Assembly (NCBI GenBank): GCA_028534125.1
Contig: CM052818.1
Coordinates: 41,294,001-41,358,000 of the forward strand
Reading direction: 5' to 3'
Source: Lama glama
Lineage: Eukaryota
Length of the DNA stretch: 64,000 nucleotides
Shown one piece after another: positions 61,823-64,000 of this stretch. The first letter of the stretch is position 1; each line of letters starts with the position of its first letter. The notes under the pieces were generated by a model. The model did not search any database. It worked only from the letters and a program-made list of their open reading frames with translations, and was not told where the DNA came from. The position numbers were made by a program, and so were the translations under genes.

Positions 61823-62484
61823 ATTGTGTTGCTTCAACTGAGGAGCTCTTTCCTGGAGAATAAAAAGTTTTAAAATCAGTCAGTTGAGAAGCTATTTGAA
61901 AAACTGAGTAATTTTGCCATGAAGATGGCAAATCGATGTTGATGAAATCCCCTTGTGTGCCTCCATCACCTCGAGCTTGCATTTAATCTATGGCTTATAT
62001 CACTTTCAGTTGATTTATAATTCTCTTTGGCCTTTGATGTCCTCTGTTGGACATTCATCAATGAAAAGAATGTATATCTTGCTCATCTTTGGATCCCTCC
62101 ATCTCCTTGGGAAATTTTTTGAATATAATTAGTAAATACTTCTAGACCTGGATTTTCATTATTATCATTAATAGTTTAATATTTATGCTATTTTTATTTC
62201 AGCCTTATTGTCTTTGAGCTATCTGAAAATGGTACAGCACAGACCATGGCAATGATCAAAGCAAATCATATAGAATTTTCCTGCTTCTCTAGTTATTATG
62301 ATTTAACCATCTTCAGTTTCCTAGGCACTATTTAGAAAAGAGTTTTATTTCTTATACTGTGTATTTTTGTCAATGATGGCATATTGATTAGTTTTGCTCG
62401 CCCAAGATATGTTCTGAGAAAGTCAGTCAGTGATACATGAGAGCACTCAGTCCCACACGGTATAAGAACACATTATCTTCCAAA

Positions 62485-62660
62485 TCTCTGGTACCTGAGG
62501 AGTCAGGAAAGTTGGGCTATAGCATTGTTCTACCCTAGATTAGTTGTGTGACCTTGAGTATTCAGTTAAATTTCCAGAGCCTTGGATTTCTTATATTTGA
62601 AAAGGGTATAGAATGAGCAGATTACTCCATTGTATTTTTACTCCATCATATTTTGATTAT
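62485..62660 (+). mobile_element. MIR/MIR3
   Basis: 'agttgtgtgaccttgagtattcagttaaatttccagagccttggatttcttatatttgaaaa'. Confidence 0.7.
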
Positions 62661-64000
62661 TAATTATATGTGATGAATCCTTTAAAAGAATTTGTTTGGG
62701 TAGTATGTATCACATTGTGACATTTTAAAGATAATACAATTAATAGAATATTATTTAGGTATGCTGGTGGTGTTTTAGCTTTATAAACAAGATATCTAAG
62801 TTTGACCTGTCATTTCAGAATAATTGGTACATGTATAATTTTTAAACATAGTATGATTTATATGGAAGTTTTCATAGAATCTACAGAAATGAAAAAGATG
62901 ATTTATTGGTCTAATTTTTCTAGGAACTCAAGCCTATAGCACATTGGGATTTCTAATTTATGGCTTTCCCACCAAGATTTGCAGATGGAGTTTTGAAGGG
63001 GGAAGTCTTAGGTCATCTCAACATGTTTGGAACACATAACTTGCCAACAGCCAACTCTTCTGCATTTTTATTCCCCAGCAAGCAAGAAGAGCTGTATCCT
63101 AGCTATGCATGTGTTCCCTCATGCATGCACAAAGTTTCATCAAAGATCCATGGTTGGATGCTAATCTTCAAAAGAAACAGAACAAAACATATAAATCAAT
63201 GAAGTGTTATTTGATATTAAATCTGAAGGATTCTTCTAAAAATTGTTTGCACCAGCAACAGAGGGAAATGTTGGCAACTTCAAACTAGAGATCACTGAAA
63301 TACATTTTTCAGATATGAAGTAACCTTTCAATAAGTAGAATCCCCTTTTGTATGAAATGGTGAAAAACTAGGGGAGGAAAGATTTATAGGGACAATTTAT
63401 GCATCCTTAGACCTCTCTCATTTTTGCTTTAGACCTAAGGATGGACAACAGAGGGGAAAAAATGCAAAATGATTAATGTCCTAATTGTATCAGTTGTTAT
63501 AGGCTTGAATATACTCTCCTGTTGCCAAGAATCTGGTACCCATCTGATGGAGGAGAAAAACCACCTCCTTCAACTCCTTCCCTCTTCCTGATGTCTGTCC
63601 TGTGCAAAGTGGGGGAAGGCAGACCCTGAGTCCAGAGATATCCTTCTCAGGAAGTTCTGCAACACCCTCCTTGTTTCGCTTATATAAAGAATGGCTTAGG
63701 AAAGATGTTAAGCCAATCATTGATGTAAACAGAATATACAGAGAGAATTTTTCTGAAAAAGTCTAGCTGACACTAATGAGAATGTCCTCCTACAAGTTCT
63801 GTGAAGATACCAGGAGCTGGCTGCCAACCACATAAACCCAAGTGTAGATGGGTTTGATCAAAAGTTCAGTTAGAAATACTTTATTTCTTGCTGAAGCAAG
63901 ATTTCTGTGTTCTAGGCCCTGAGCTGTAAGTTGAGGGAAATATGCAGCAGGATGTTTTCTGTATACAAAAAAGATATACATGTTGGCTCTACCTCCATAA

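Noticed and set aside
61913..61932. Hairpin tttgccat-gaag-atggcaaa
   Set aside because: An 8-bp stem is chance level; too short for a pre-miRNA
1..64000. tRNA, snRNA, 7SL, Y RNA, miRNA, numt, CRISPR-like array, intact retroviral genes or a novel multi-gene system
   Set aside because: No recognisable signatures by eye; the window reads as ordinary TE-rich mammalian non-coding DNA. An Infernal/Rfam scan and BLASTX would be the decisive checks

Overview
Mammalian (eutherian) non-coding genomic DNA, intronic or intergenic, with one 500-N scaffold gap (22304-22803). I recognise no protein-coding exon, RNA gene or processed pseudogene. The listed ORFs are short and either non-homologous, gap artefacts or transposon-derived. 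Roughly half of the window is ancient interspersed repeat: L2, MIR, old L1M and HAL1-type LINEs, MaLR/ERVL/ERV1 solo LTRs, and hAT-Charlie, Tigger1 and Tc2/Kanga DNA-transposon fossils, often nested. I see no Alu, CHR, Bov-tA, PRE-1, ERE or Can-SINE copy. The youngest L1 3' end (58968-59501) looks cetartiodactyl-type, so a camelid is a reasonable but unproven guess. Repeat families were assigned by eye from remembered consensus motifs, and boundaries are approximate (about +/-30 bp). I found no credible novel biological system. The items worth a second look are several repeat-poor islands with transcription-factor motif clusters (best: 46800-50300), two speculative splice-site arrangements, and some unusual TE insertion architectures.
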